From positions 134,544 through 198,543 of the forward strand of contig PLXZ01000001.1 of assembly GCA_003151615.1 (NCBI GenBank): DNA of 64,000 nucleotides, written 5' to 3'. A model generated the notes under the pieces. The model worked only from the letters and a program-made list of their open reading frames with translations, was not told where the DNA came from and made no database searches. Positions 1 through 9,869 of this stretch are shown piece by piece; position 1 is the first letter of the stretch, and every line of letters starts with the position of its first letter. The stretch comes from Candidatus Tayloriibacteriota bacterium (lineage in GTDB: Bacteria; Patescibacteriota; Minisyncoccia; Phycocordibacterales; PALSA-1337). Position numbers and translations under genes: made by a program.

Positions 1-39
1 CAGTTTCTCTTGTTCTTTTTTGTATGTGTCCAATGCCAT
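1..39 (-). CDS. 5' end of a CDS running off the window (MALDTYKKEQEKL...)
   Basis: ATG at 39 on the minus strand, frame open to the window edge, same orientation as the neighbouring genes. Confidence 0.5.
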   Translation of the reverse strand, partial: MALDTYKKEQEKL

Positions 40-105
40 ATAAATGTGGCTTTATTCTAGGACGTTTAACCCCACTTTGCAAGTTGTGCGATCTTTTTTG
101 ATGCT

Positions 106-750
106 CTAATTTATCGGCTCGCGATAGGGGTCTATTTTTGACGTGGAAGCTATTGCTGGAGCCGAAGAAGGTGTGGCAGCCACGTTTGTCGGGGCAGATT
201 TTATGACCGTTTCGTTTACACTTGTCGAAGTTCCCGTCAAAAGTCTGTCCACAAATGCCGGCGGATTTTCAATGGCGTCGAGGGTTGCAGCTTTAGATAT
301 CTGAGGACTTGTAGACTGATTCGCGGAAACGACGTCTTCCGAAGCTCCGCTTTTTTCAACGCTGATGTTGCCGGCTTTGGCGAGATCAGTATTTTCATCC
401 GATTCTTTGGAATCTTCTTCGTCTTCGTGTGAGGTTAACTCTTCAAGAGTTTTTCTGATACTGCCGAGAATTTCGGTATTTACGTCTGCACCAAGTTTTG
501 TGGCCGTTTCCCTGCTTAATTCCGCGTTTTTGACGAGATTGTCGATATAGTCAGCTGGCTTCTCCAGACCAAGCATTACCAAAAGCGTCTCGGTTTGCAG
601 ATTTCCCGATTGGTCTATGCGTAAGGAATATTTTTTCGACAGCTGATCGAATTTATCAGTCAAGTCCGTTGCTGTTATAGCTTTTTGAACCTCAAGCGGA
701 AGTTCCTTGAATCGGGCTTTTATGATGTCTTGTGTGTTGTCTGGGTTCAT
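106..750 (-). CDS. Hypothetical protein, CPR-type (helical N-terminus, low-complexity linker, C-terminal DPYREP motif)
   Basis: ORF 106..777; start moved to ATG 750 to avoid overlapping the upstream gene. Confidence 0.7.
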   Translation of the reverse strand: MNPDNTQDIIKARFKELPLEVQKAITATDLTDKFDQLSKKYSLRIDQSGNLQTETLLVMLGLEKPADYIDNLVKNAELSRETATKLGADVNTEILGSIRKTLEELTSHEDEEDSKESDENTDLAKAGNISVEKSGASEDVVSANQSTSPQISKAATLDAIENPPAFVDRLLTGTSTSVNETVIKSAPTNVAATPSSAPAIASTSKIDPYREPIN

Positions 751-754
751 TTTT

Positions 755-2575
755 TTATTTTTTATCTGCATCCGCATCCTTCTTTTCTGGTTCTAATTCT
801 TTCTTCAGATCATCGAAGAGTTTATCTTTCTTGTTTTTGTTAAGGCCTTTCAATATGTTTCGTGTTGCATCTTTTCGGGCTTTTCTCGTTACGAGATTTG
901 GACCTTTCTGAAGATTTTTTGCGTATTGCTCCTGGTATATCTTTTTTACATCGTCTTCCTTCTCGTTATCTGTCCTATTGAGTTTCGCTTTCAAATCATC
1001 AGCTTTCTTCTGGGCGTCCAGAGCTCTTTTTTCAAGCCTGTCTTGTTCAGCGGGCGTAAGTTTTGCCAAATCGCCAGCTTTATCGTATACATCAGTAGCT
1101 TCCTGTTGGGCTTCCGCAATTCTTTTGCGAAGATCATTATTGTATATATCATAGTGTTTGCGGGTAAGCTGATCGCCAGTAAGTTCAAGTGATTTCGCAA
1201 CATCTTGATGGGCTTTTGAATATTTTTTAGTTCTTTCATCAAAACCGCCTTTTGTACTTCCGAAAGATGAACCAGCAATACCTTTAAATCCTTGAGAGGC
1301 ATATGTTCCAAGGAAAGTATGTTCTTTGGCGAATCTTTTGAATCTTTCCGATTCGCCAACGGCCGAAGCGGCTCGTCCAAGTGTATGTTGTGCATATACT
1401 CCCGGTCCGATGACACCCTGTCCCCACTTCGAAACTTTCTTCATCATGTCTCCGACAAAGTCAGCGCCTTCACTCGCGATTGATATTGCGGCGGCGAGCG
1501 GGGCATTGATGAGGAAAATGGCAATAATATATTGCAAAACTATACCGATGGTATGCGGTCCGATAAGAGCTCCGCCCACGCCGCCGGTAATGTTTGCGCC
1601 ACTCGGTGCAACTTTGGCAAAATCAAAGAAATGCGGATCATTAAGCACACTCATGGCGACATACATGAGAAGCAGATAGACCGGCATAAATATGCACATC
1701 GCATACAACATCCCCGTCCATTTTTTTCTGTATTTCTCCAAATCCGGAAATATCATACCGATAAAAAGAATTGGTGAAAAAGCCATGAGTAGGATGAGCA
1801 CGCCGATCCGAACAGCGAATGCGATAGCCGCCGCCAAAAAAGAGGTAGTTGCACCAGCCATTAGAATCACCGCTCCTACGTTAGATAGAGTTATATCCTT
1901 ATCCGTGAATGTTTCTGTAGCATCTCCTACTCCATTTGAAGATGCTGAATTTGCAAACGATTGAATATCAAGACTTTGCATGAAAACATTCGAGAGTCCG
2001 CCGTCGTCAAATGCGTCTGATACAAGTCCTACCAATGATCCCGCTCCGCTGTTCGAGGCGTTAACGGTAGTATTCGTCTGTCCTAATCCTGTTGGCGCTA
2101 TTGCGCTGTAAAACGAGAGTGAAATGATGTTTGAACCGTCGACCGCCAGTTTCGTGAAAAAGAGACTGAAGTTGATGAGGAGTCCAGCAATAACGATATT
2201 TTTTATAAGCTTTCCGATACCTGAACCAATGCCCAGAATCATTCGTATGGATGCGTCAAGGAGCAGGAATATAATGAATACGCTTCCGAAATCGCGGATA
2301 GTCGTCCATGCAATTCCGATCGCCGGAGTGTTGTTGACGATTTGCGACATGTTGAGTGTCGCCGTCATTGTGGCGTTGAGTAGACTGCCGACGATAGTCA
2401 GTCCGGAACCGGCTAATGTTACAAGAAATTCAGTAAAGTAAGCCAGGAATTTCCAAAAAACATCGCTTGCGAAATTAGTAATAAAATCTGCAAACGCCGG
2501 ATGCGGAACAACTGCCGCCAAAATCGGAATGACGGCGACCAGTGAAGCTATGATTTTTTTCGACCTTTGTTTCAT
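755..2575 (-). CDS. Multi-pass membrane protein, VirB6/TrbL-like architecture with a basic coiled-coil C-terminal tail
   Basis: 606 aa; signal-like N-terminus, many hydrophobic helices (W..IRD, GLLINFSLFFTKLAVD, R...L..L...SP) typical of CPR VirB6-like proteins; family by inference. Confidence 0.6.
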   Translation of the reverse strand: MKQRSKKIIASLVAVIPILAAVVPHPAFADFITNFASDVFWKFLAYFTEFLVTLAGSGLTIVGSLLNATMTATLNMSQIVNNTPAIGIAWTTIRDFGSVFIIFLLLDASIRMILGIGSGIGKLIKNIVIAGLLINFSLFFTKLAVDGSNIISLSFYSAIAPTGLGQTNTTVNASNSGAGSLVGLVSDAFDDGGLSNVFMQSLDIQSFANSASSNGVGDATETFTDKDITLSNVGAVILMAGATTSFLAAAIAFAVRIGVLILLMAFSPILFIGMIFPDLEKYRKKWTGMLYAMCIFMPVYLLLMYVAMSVLNDPHFFDFAKVAPSGANITGGVGGALIGPHTIGIVLQYIIAIFLINAPLAAAISIASEGADFVGDMMKKVSKWGQGVIGPGVYAQHTLGRAASAVGESERFKRFAKEHTFLGTYASQGFKGIAGSSFGSTKGGFDERTKKYSKAHQDVAKSLELTGDQLTRKHYDIYNNDLRKRIAEAQQEATDVYDKAGDLAKLTPAEQDRLEKRALDAQKKADDLKAKLNRTDNEKEDDVKKIYQEQYAKNLQKGPNLVTRKARKDATRNILKGLNKNKKDKLFDDLKKELEPEKKDADADKK

Positions 2576-2590
2576 TCGCGTTTATATTTA

Positions 2591-4687
2591 TTATTGAATG
2601 TATGAGCCGCCGCTTGCGTTTGTTCCGTACGACGAGTAATTGAAGTTCTGGCATTCCCTGAGCGTCGTATCCGCCTGTTGCTGCATTGGCTGTATCTCCG
2701 ACTGGTAAGTCGACAAATCATTTGCCGATGTCTGGACGGAGGCCGCCGTCGGGAGTGAGCCGGTGCTTGAAAGGTCGCTCAGATCTTGGTTTGGCCCTTC
2801 CAAATCGGACAGACTTTGCGCGTTCGAGGCATCATCGGATATCTGCTGGTATTGCTGAACGGTGCTATCTGCGCCATTAGTTTCATCGGTTATTGCGTTG
2901 ATGAGGGGAGACAGGCTCGTCGAGTCCAGATTTTGAAGAGTGGTTATCTGTCCCTGCATATATGGTATTGCATAAGGGTGCAGCCGTGTCGTTGTAGATG
3001 CGGTTTCCAGAACCTGATAGCAGGAAATTGCATTGTTCAAAGTCGATTCGGCCGTTGTCGCCAGATTCAGGGCGGAATTGTAATTGTTATAAACGGTCTG
3101 CGCAGTGCCGAGATACGGGCTTATGCCGTTGATAATGGTGTCTTGGCTGCTGCTGAAAGACGCCGAATCGGCGCTGTTGATTGATGATTGGAGATAGGAT
3201 TGGCCGCCGCTGGAACTGTGACTCACCGAGGTGAGGCCTTTTTGAAGCGCCATTGTGATAAGCTCCGAGAAAGCCGCGTTGATTATGTCATTGATGCTGT
3301 TGGCAAGTTCCAGATTTTCCGTCGGTACCGCGAGATGTTTGTTCAGTGTCGCCGAAATGACGCTTCCGGGAGTCTGAATGCTGCAGTCCTGGTTCGGGCT
3401 GTCTTCCGCGGCGGTTCCATAAGGGTCATCTGCTCCGCCTGCCGCGACATCGCCGCTGTTTGAATCAGAATTGTCGGAAGCGGAATTATCGCTTGCCGGT
3501 GCCGCCGATATCGAAGACTGTAGTGCACTTATGGAATTCTGCAGATCGGTCTGTTGGCTCTGCTGGCTAGAGAGTTGGTCCTGAAGCGTGTATGACTTGT
3601 TTTTGTTCGTTGAAATTTGATTGCTCAAATCCATGCACATGGAGGAATTCGACAAAATACCCGAGCTGCTAATGCAATTTGAATTGTAATCGTTGGTCTC
3701 GTCGGTGATCTCATACTGATTCGCAGATGTCTGCGACTGGGTGCCCTGTATTTCCTGTTGAAGATTTGCCAATTGTGTTTGCAAATCCTCAACCTGCTGC
3801 TGTTGGGCGGAAGTATCGGTATTGTCTGCGGCAGCGCTCGTATCGTTTGAGGATCCTTCTGTTTCATCAGATCCGTCATTTGCTGAATCCGACGTACTAT
3901 CATCTGAAGGACTCGGCGTACACGATTCCCAGGACAAAAATCCTCCGCCTTGAGAGAGCTCACTTTGTTTTTGTGCTACTTGATTGTTGATTTGCTGTTG
4001 CAACTGGTCTTCGGCATCCAGGTATGCCCCGTTAGGGGTATTATCGGGATTTGTTACAAGGGCCGAAAAAGCCCCCCAGCCGCCCTGGCTGAAATCTCCG
4101 CCGGTAAAGCCCTGAACCGATGGCGTTATGGATACGCCCGCGCTGTTTATGGCGTTTTTGCCGTTTTGTATGATTGTTGAAAGCGTACAGGAATACTGAT
4201 TTTCGCCCCCGCCACCACCACTGCCGTATCCGTCATTTCGTTGTTGTTGTTGGGCAATTGCCAGACGGACCTGAAGGCTGAATGGACTGCAGAGCGATGA
4301 CAATGCCCCGCTCTGCGAAATGAATTGACCCGTTGCCTGGTCGCCGATGTTTTCAAAAAAGGCCGTCGGATTTTGGATAAATGAAGGGTTGCCGTTAAAG
4401 CCTGAATTGATCCAACTTATCACGCTATTGGTTATTTGCATCAAAAGCTGTTTTGCGATTGCCGTTGCAATTTTGTTCAGTACGCTGTTTTCCAGGAATT
4501 GGTCAGTCGTTGCTACGGATGTTATTGCGTTTTCAATGCTGCTCAATGTATTTACTATGCCATTATGAATGTCTTCGACAAGTTCCTGAGCGTGCGCTTT
4601 TTGAGGGACGATGAATCCCGCGGTTGAAAAAACAAGGACAGTGCACGCAATACCCAAGACGATTTTTTTCAAATTATTTTTTTTCAT
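2591..4687 (-). CDS. Secreted hypothetical protein with an acidic Ser/Asp-rich and Gln-rich coiled-coil region
   Basis: 698 aa, signal peptide ending AHA; WINSGFNGNPSF and LCSPF motifs; overlaps the upstream gene by 4 nt. Confidence 0.7.
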   Translation of the reverse strand: MKKNNLKKIVLGIACTVLVFSTAGFIVPQKAHAQELVEDIHNGIVNTLSSIENAITSVATTDQFLENSVLNKIATAIAKQLLMQITNSVISWINSGFNGNPSFIQNPTAFFENIGDQATGQFISQSGALSSLCSPFSLQVRLAIAQQQQRNDGYGSGGGGGENQYSCTLSTIIQNGKNAINSAGVSITPSVQGFTGGDFSQGGWGAFSALVTNPDNTPNGAYLDAEDQLQQQINNQVAQKQSELSQGGGFLSWESCTPSPSDDSTSDSANDGSDETEGSSNDTSAAADNTDTSAQQQQVEDLQTQLANLQQEIQGTQSQTSANQYEITDETNDYNSNCISSSGILSNSSMCMDLSNQISTNKNKSYTLQDQLSSQQSQQTDLQNSISALQSSISAAPASDNSASDNSDSNSGDVAAGGADDPYGTAAEDSPNQDCSIQTPGSVISATLNKHLAVPTENLELANSINDIINAAFSELITMALQKGLTSVSHSSSGGQSYLQSSINSADSASFSSSQDTIINGISPYLGTAQTVYNNYNSALNLATTAESTLNNAISCYQVLETASTTTRLHPYAIPYMQGQITTLQNLDSTSLSPLINAITDETNGADSTVQQYQQISDDASNAQSLSDLEGPNQDLSDLSSTGSLPTAASVQTSANDLSTYQSEIQPMQQQADTTLRECQNFNYSSYGTNASGGSYIQ

Positions 4688-5580
4688 TGTGATTTGTAGG
4701 TGAATATGATGCCGGGTTCGTCCGTTGTATACGTAATATGATCAATGGAGAGGGCCGTTTCTATTCCGGTGAAGGCCGTATTCAGATCAGCCGCTCCCTG
4801 CTTGTAAATATTCAAGCCGCCGAGGCTTGTCAGGCCGTCGGAATATGTTTTTTCAAAAGACTGATCGGCGAAAATAAGTTCAGTCAGGGCGTTTACGAAA
4901 GCAAGATGGGTATTCGCAAGCGACGATGGCACGGTGACCGCGAGTTCGCCTTTGAGCATGGCTTGATATTCGGCAATGATCGGATCCAGCTGTTTGAGTT
5001 CGGCGGGGTTGTTGTCGTCCAGACTGCCCTGGACTATGTCCAGCTCGCCCTCATGTTTTATGAAATTCTTCACAAAAGGCAGTCCCGCCGCGTTTCCGTA
5101 TGCCTTTGTCGATGTTGTTCCATTGTCGGCGCTAATTTTTAAATTGCTTGCCGTATAAAGTTTCGGCGAAGGCAAGATTGTGCCGTCGGACAGGACTTCG
5201 CTGCTGACCGCCTGCTGAACCGCCGGGTCGGTCAAATCCTGTCCGGAATTTTGTGCTTGGGCGTATCGCGCGAAAAGATCTTGTCCGAATTTATCGGTCG
5301 GCGTCAGCGGAGTGCGCGATGCCGTTGTTGAAGAGCCGGGATTTTCCCATGACCCCGATACTGCGGTTGAAAGCGTCTTTTCCCAGTTTCCTGCGTAGGA
5401 GATGCCGCCGTTACTTGAGGTCGCAGTTGCCGTTATCGTAGAAAATTGCATGCTGTTTTGTTTATTATCTGCCGAAGCGAAATAGGCCGGGTTTTCATAT
5501 CTCGACACGATGAAAGCCGCCACAATAATGGCAACCGCAATAGCGATCAAAATGATATTTTTTACGCTTAATTTTTGCAC
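4684..5580 (-). CDS. Membrane-anchored hypothetical protein
   Basis: ORF 4684..5742; probable GTG start at 5580 just before a single TM helix, which avoids overlap with rsmA. Confidence 0.65.
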   Translation of the reverse strand: MQKLSVKNIILIAIAVAIIVAAFIVSRYENPAYFASADNKQNSMQFSTITATATSSNGGISYAGNWEKTLSTAVSGSWENPGSSTTASRTPLTPTDKFGQDLFARYAQAQNSGQDLTDPAVQQAVSSEVLSDGTILPSPKLYTASNLKISADNGTTSTKAYGNAAGLPFVKNFIKHEGELDIVQGSLDDNNPAELKQLDPIIAEYQAMLKGELAVTVPSSLANTHLAFVNALTELIFADQSFEKTYSDGLTSLGGLNIYKQGAADLNTAFTGIETALSIDHITYTTDEPGIIFTYKSQ

Positions 5581-5639
5581 TGTAATAATTTCAAAGCTTC
5601 CGGTCGGCGATTGGCAAAAGGCTTGAAAAGCTTTGCAAA

Positions 5640-6443
5640 TTATAGCAAATTGGGGGTGGCAATGAAAGACGCTATTTGTCCCCAGTTGTCGAGTGTGATG
5701 TCTTCGGCGCGCGCATTTGACGATATTCCGATTTTGTTCCATATTTTTTCCAAAATCTCTTTTTCAGCCGTTTTTTGAAGGTTTTTTATGAGAACTTTTC
5801 TCTTGTGGGCGAAACCGGCCTTCACAATTGCGAAAAAATGGCTCTCATTAAGGTTATTTTCAATAAAAAAGTCCTTTGAAATCTCGTCAATCAACACCAC
5901 TGCCGAGTCGACTTTCGGTATAGGTCGAAAATGACGCGCCTCCACGGTTTCAACGTAATGCGGCTTTCCGTAAGCTTTGACGCTTATGGACAAGATACTT
6001 TCTTTTTTGTCGGCCGCGATTCTTTTCGCGACTTCTTTCTGAAGCATTAGGACCATTTTTTTTGGCTGGTGTTCCGATTCCAAAAATTTTCTCAGGAATT
6101 CACCAGTAATGTAGTACGGAATGTTTGCCGCGATGACATAGTCGTCGGGCATGTCCTTGATGGGATCAAAATCAAGAATATCTCCGGGGATCAGTTTTAT
6201 TTTTCCGTCCTTTAGTTCCGCCGAATATTTTTCGCGCAAAAAATCGACGGACCGAATGTCCTTTTCAACCGCAATGACCTGCGCTCCTGCTTCCAGAAGC
6301 GCTGAAGTCAAAGCTCCTTTTCCGGGTCCCGTTTCCAATACCATGTCGCCGGCTTTTATCTGCGCTGCATGAATCATCATTCCAGCTACATGCGGCGCGT
6401 GAAGAAAATTTTGTCCGAGAGATTTTTTTGCAATAAAAGACAT
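5640..6443 (-). CDS. rsmA: 16S rRNA m6,2A dimethyltransferase KsgA/RsmA
   Basis: KKSLGQNFL, ETGPGKG, ANIPYYIT and P.PKVDSA motifs. Confidence 0.95.
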   Translation of the reverse strand: MSFIAKKSLGQNFLHAPHVAGMMIHAAQIKAGDMVLETGPGKGALTSALLEAGAQVIAVEKDIRSVDFLREKYSAELKDGKIKLIPGDILDFDPIKDMPDDYVIAANIPYYITGEFLRKFLESEHQPKKMVLMLQKEVAKRIAADKKESILSISVKAYGKPHYVETVEARHFRPIPKVDSAVVLIDEISKDFFIENNLNESHFFAIVKAGFAHKRKVLIKNLQKTAEKEILEKIWNKIGISSNARAEDITLDNWGQIASFIATPNLL

Positions 6444-6458
6444 TTTGTATTTTAGATT

Positions 6459-8465
6459 TTAAAAATTTATGAAGAAAGATCTGCGAACGGGTTTGTCCTC
6501 AAAGCTTTCATCAATCAATCCCGGTCCGATGTCCGTTATGAATTGCGACGGAGTATTTACTTTTTGCGAACCGAAAATGGTCCGAATCTGCGCCCACGAC
6601 AGAAAAACTTTTTTTCGAGCGCGCGTTATCGCAACGTAAAAAAGCCGGCGTTCCTCCTCTTCTTCAGCCTGAGTCACCGCGCCTTCGTTCAGGCGCTTGT
6701 GAGGGAATAAATCCTCCTCAAGTCCCGAAATAAAAACATAATCGAATTCCAGGCCTTTTGAGGCATGAACGGTCATGAGCTTCACTGCGTTGTTGTCTTT
6801 TTCAAGCTCGTCCTGATCCGTTGCAAGCGACGCATTCTCCAAAAGTTTTTCCACTGCAGTTATTTTGACGGATTCCGTTTCTGTTCCATTTTTTGTGCCG
6901 GAGTCCGCACCAATTTCGTCGGCAACTGTAACATCTAAAGCATCATATTGAGCGGCTACCGACACCAATTCCCTAAGATTTTCAAGCTTTTCCTGGTCTT
7001 CGGCGGTTCCGTCCTTTAGTGCTTTTTCGAGGCCTGTTTCACGCATTACATACTTAACCAACATCGAAGGAACTTCCGTTTCTGCAACTTTTTTTATACG
7101 GTCGAGCAATGCCAGAAACGCATTCACTTTTGTTTTGAGCGCCGGGCCGAGAGTAGCAGTTTGATTCGCCAAAACCTTCATCATGGTCGCTTTGCCGATG
7201 CCGCGCGGAGGGACATTTATGATTCGCACCATGTCGCCCGCACTTTCCCTGTTCAACGATGCGCGAATAAACGATAAAACATCCTTGACTTCTTTTCTGT
7301 CGAAGAATCGTGTGCCGAGTATCTGATACGGAACTTCATTTTTCAAAAAAGCTTCCTCAAGCGCGCGTGATTGAAAGTTTGCGCGATACAAAATGGCAAT
7401 TTCGCGGGGTTCGGTTTTCCGCGTGCCGTTTTCCAGGGCAATAATGTCCATTATCTGTTCGACGATGGCCTGCGCCTCGTCTGCTTCGGTGTATGTCACG
7501 GTCAAATCAATTTTTTCTCCCTCGCCATTTTTGGTGAACAGCGTTTTGTCGCGGCGAAGTTTGTTTTTTTCAATGACATTGTTCGCCGCTGACAAAATTG
7601 TCTGTGTGGACCGATAATTTTCCTCGAGCAGAATGATTTTTGCCATCGGATAGTCCTTTTCAAAATTCAAAATATTGTGAATCGTCGCTCCGCGCCAGCT
7701 GTAGATGTTCTGGTCGATGTCCCCAACGACGCATATGTTTTTATTTTTTTCCGCAAGTAATTTCACAATGTCATATTGGACCTTGTTGGTGTCCTGATAC
7801 TCGTCGACGTGTATGTATTGCCAGAGCGAGGAATAATATTCGCGGATATCCGCGTGATTTTTCAAAAGAAGCATGGCTTTCAAAAGCAAATCGTCAAAAT
7901 CAAGGGATTTTTCTTTTTTGAGCGTCGCTTCGTATCGGTCCCACACATCAGCCACGACTGTCGAAAAATAATCATGCGCTTTTTCGCGAAAAGCGACGTT
8001 GGTAATCCCGTCTCCTTTTTGCCGCGAAATCGCATTCAAAATAATTCCGGGTTCAAACTGTTTCGGGTCCAAACCGAGACCTTCAACGGCATCTTTGATT
8101 GCCCTTTTCGAATCCGAACGGTCGTAAATGGTGAAATGTCGGGTCAAACCGATTTTGTGGCTCTGTTGCTTGATAATATGGACGCCGAGGGCATGAAAAG
8201 TGCTGACAAAAGGCCGGTCACCCATATAAATCGGTCTGTTAATCGGCATATCCTCAGAAAGGAGTTTATCCACACGTTCCCGCATCTCTTTTGCCGCCTT
8301 ATTTGTAAAAGTTATGGCTAAAATATTTCTCGGGACGACACCCTTTCTTATCAAATTCAGGATTCTATGAGTAACTGTCTTGGTTTTTCCGGCACCTGCA
8401 CCGGCGAGGATGAGAAGAGGGCCTTCGGTGGTTTCCACCGCTTCTTTTTGGCGATCGTTTAACAT
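6459..8465 (-). CDS. pcrA: ATP-dependent DNA helicase PcrA/UvrD
   Basis: AGAGAGKT, TFTNKAA, DEYQD, NYRS, TVHASKGLEF and EERRLFYVAITRA motifs. Confidence 0.95.
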   Translation of the reverse strand: MLNDRQKEAVETTEGPLLILAGAGAGKTKTVTHRILNLIRKGVVPRNILAITFTNKAAKEMRERVDKLLSEDMPINRPIYMGDRPFVSTFHALGVHIIKQQSHKIGLTRHFTIYDRSDSKRAIKDAVEGLGLDPKQFEPGIILNAISRQKGDGITNVAFREKAHDYFSTVVADVWDRYEATLKKEKSLDFDDLLLKAMLLLKNHADIREYYSSLWQYIHVDEYQDTNKVQYDIVKLLAEKNKNICVVGDIDQNIYSWRGATIHNILNFEKDYPMAKIILLEENYRSTQTILSAANNVIEKNKLRRDKTLFTKNGEGEKIDLTVTYTEADEAQAIVEQIMDIIALENGTRKTEPREIAILYRANFQSRALEEAFLKNEVPYQILGTRFFDRKEVKDVLSFIRASLNRESAGDMVRIINVPPRGIGKATMMKVLANQTATLGPALKTKVNAFLALLDRIKKVAETEVPSMLVKYVMRETGLEKALKDGTAEDQEKLENLRELVSVAAQYDALDVTVADEIGADSGTKNGTETESVKITAVEKLLENASLATDQDELEKDNNAVKLMTVHASKGLEFDYVFISGLEEDLFPHKRLNEGAVTQAEEEEERRLFYVAITRARKKVFLSWAQIRTIFGSQKVNTPSQFITDIGPGLIDESFEDKPVRRSFFINF

Positions 8466-8650
8466 GCAAACACTATACCATAATGGTCGATTGACATTTA
8501 AAACCCTACTGATACCCTGTATTAGTAGCTTCCCGATACCTATCGTGTATGACTATAAAATGGCTATACGGAGCCATAATACCACAAAACTGTACCTCTG
8601 AATTACCACCCTGACTGAACTGCCGCCCTTCCGCCCGACCCGTTTCTGTT

Positions 8651-9862
8651 ATGAAATTTTTTTCTCACAATAAAACCAAGCTCCTTTTGCGACCAAAAAC
8701 CTCCTCAAAAGGTCTCTTTGTGCGTATGTTCTCGGCGTATTTCTTTATTTTTAGCCTTATTTTGAATATTTTCGTCAGTCCGGCAGTTGCGCATGCCGGC
8801 TTTTTTTCTTCAATAATTGCCGGAATATCAGGGGGAGTTTCCGATCTTGCGGCTAATCATGCGATGGCTGAAAGCGTTTCAGACGGGTCGTCTTCGCAAA
8901 ATATGAAGTCCGGAAATGACGACAGCAACAGTGTTCTGGTTGCGGCTGTGAATTCGAATCTTGCACCGACAGCCGATTGCTCCGTTCCGGTGACCGATGA
9001 CGATACGATTTCTTCGCAACTTGATCCTTGTTCAGTGGCAACCACGACGAATACGGAAATCAGCACCTATGTTGTCCGTTCCGGCGACACGCTTTCTGAA
9101 ATCGCCAATCTTTTCGGTGTTTCAGTCAACACAATCGTATGGATGAACGATCTTGACCGCGCAGTTCCACTTCAGGCCGGAGAAACTCTCGTTATTCTTC
9201 CTGTCTCGGGAATTCAGTACACGATTAAAAAGGGCGATACCGTTCAAAGCATCGCCACTCATTACGGAGTTGATCAGCAGGATATTCTTCAATATAACGA
9301 TATTGCTTCGAGCACTAGTGTCTTGAACGTCGGCGAAACTGTTATTATTCCCGATGCAACACTCGACGGTTCTCAAATCAATTCTTCCGTGACGGGATCG
9401 GGAGCTAAAACTTCCGGTAGTAAAGGCGGTTCGGTAAAATCGAAATGGGGCGCTCCCGGAACGGAACCGGCGCATAATACCAACGGGCCTTATTATCCCG
9501 GCTATTACATTCTTCCCCTTGCTCACGGCACCGAGACGCAGGGCCTCCATGGTTATAATGCAGTTGACTTAGCTGATCCAAAAGGCACGCCGATATATGC
9601 GGCGGCACAAGGAATTGTAATTATTAGCATAAAAAACGGCGGATGGAACGGAGGTTACGGAAACTATGTAGTCATCAACCATCCTAATGGAACACAGACG
9701 TTGTATGCCCACATGAGCAGGGTCTTTGCCACTAACGGTGAGAGTGTTGCGCAGGGCGAAGAAATTGGCCTCGTCGGAGCAACAGGTGAAGCAACCGGAC
9801 CCCACGTCCATTTCGAAGTTCACGGCGCACGCGATCCTTTTGCGAATCTTACGACCTGGTAG
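8651..9862 (+). CDS. LysM-domain M23 family peptidoglycan endopeptidase
   Basis: Two LysM repeats (YVVRSGDTLSEIA, YTIKKGDTVQSIA); M23 motifs H..NAVD, YAHM, GPHVHFEV. Confidence 0.92.
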   Translation: MKFFSHNKTKLLLRPKTSSKGLFVRMFSAYFFIFSLILNIFVSPAVAHAGFFSSIIAGISGGVSDLAANHAMAESVSDGSSSQNMKSGNDDSNSVLVAAVNSNLAPTADCSVPVTDDDTISSQLDPCSVATTTNTEISTYVVRSGDTLSEIANLFGVSVNTIVWMNDLDRAVPLQAGETLVILPVSGIQYTIKKGDTVQSIATHYGVDQQDILQYNDIASSTSVLNVGETVIIPDATLDGSQINSSVTGSGAKTSGSKGGSVKSKWGAPGTEPAHNTNGPYYPGYYILPLAHGTETQGLHGYNAVDLADPKGTPIYAAAQGIVIISIKNGGWNGGYGNYVVINHPNGTQTLYAHMSRVFATNGESVAQGEEIGLVGATGEATGPHVHFEVHGARDPFANLTTW

Positions 9863-9869
9863 TTATATT

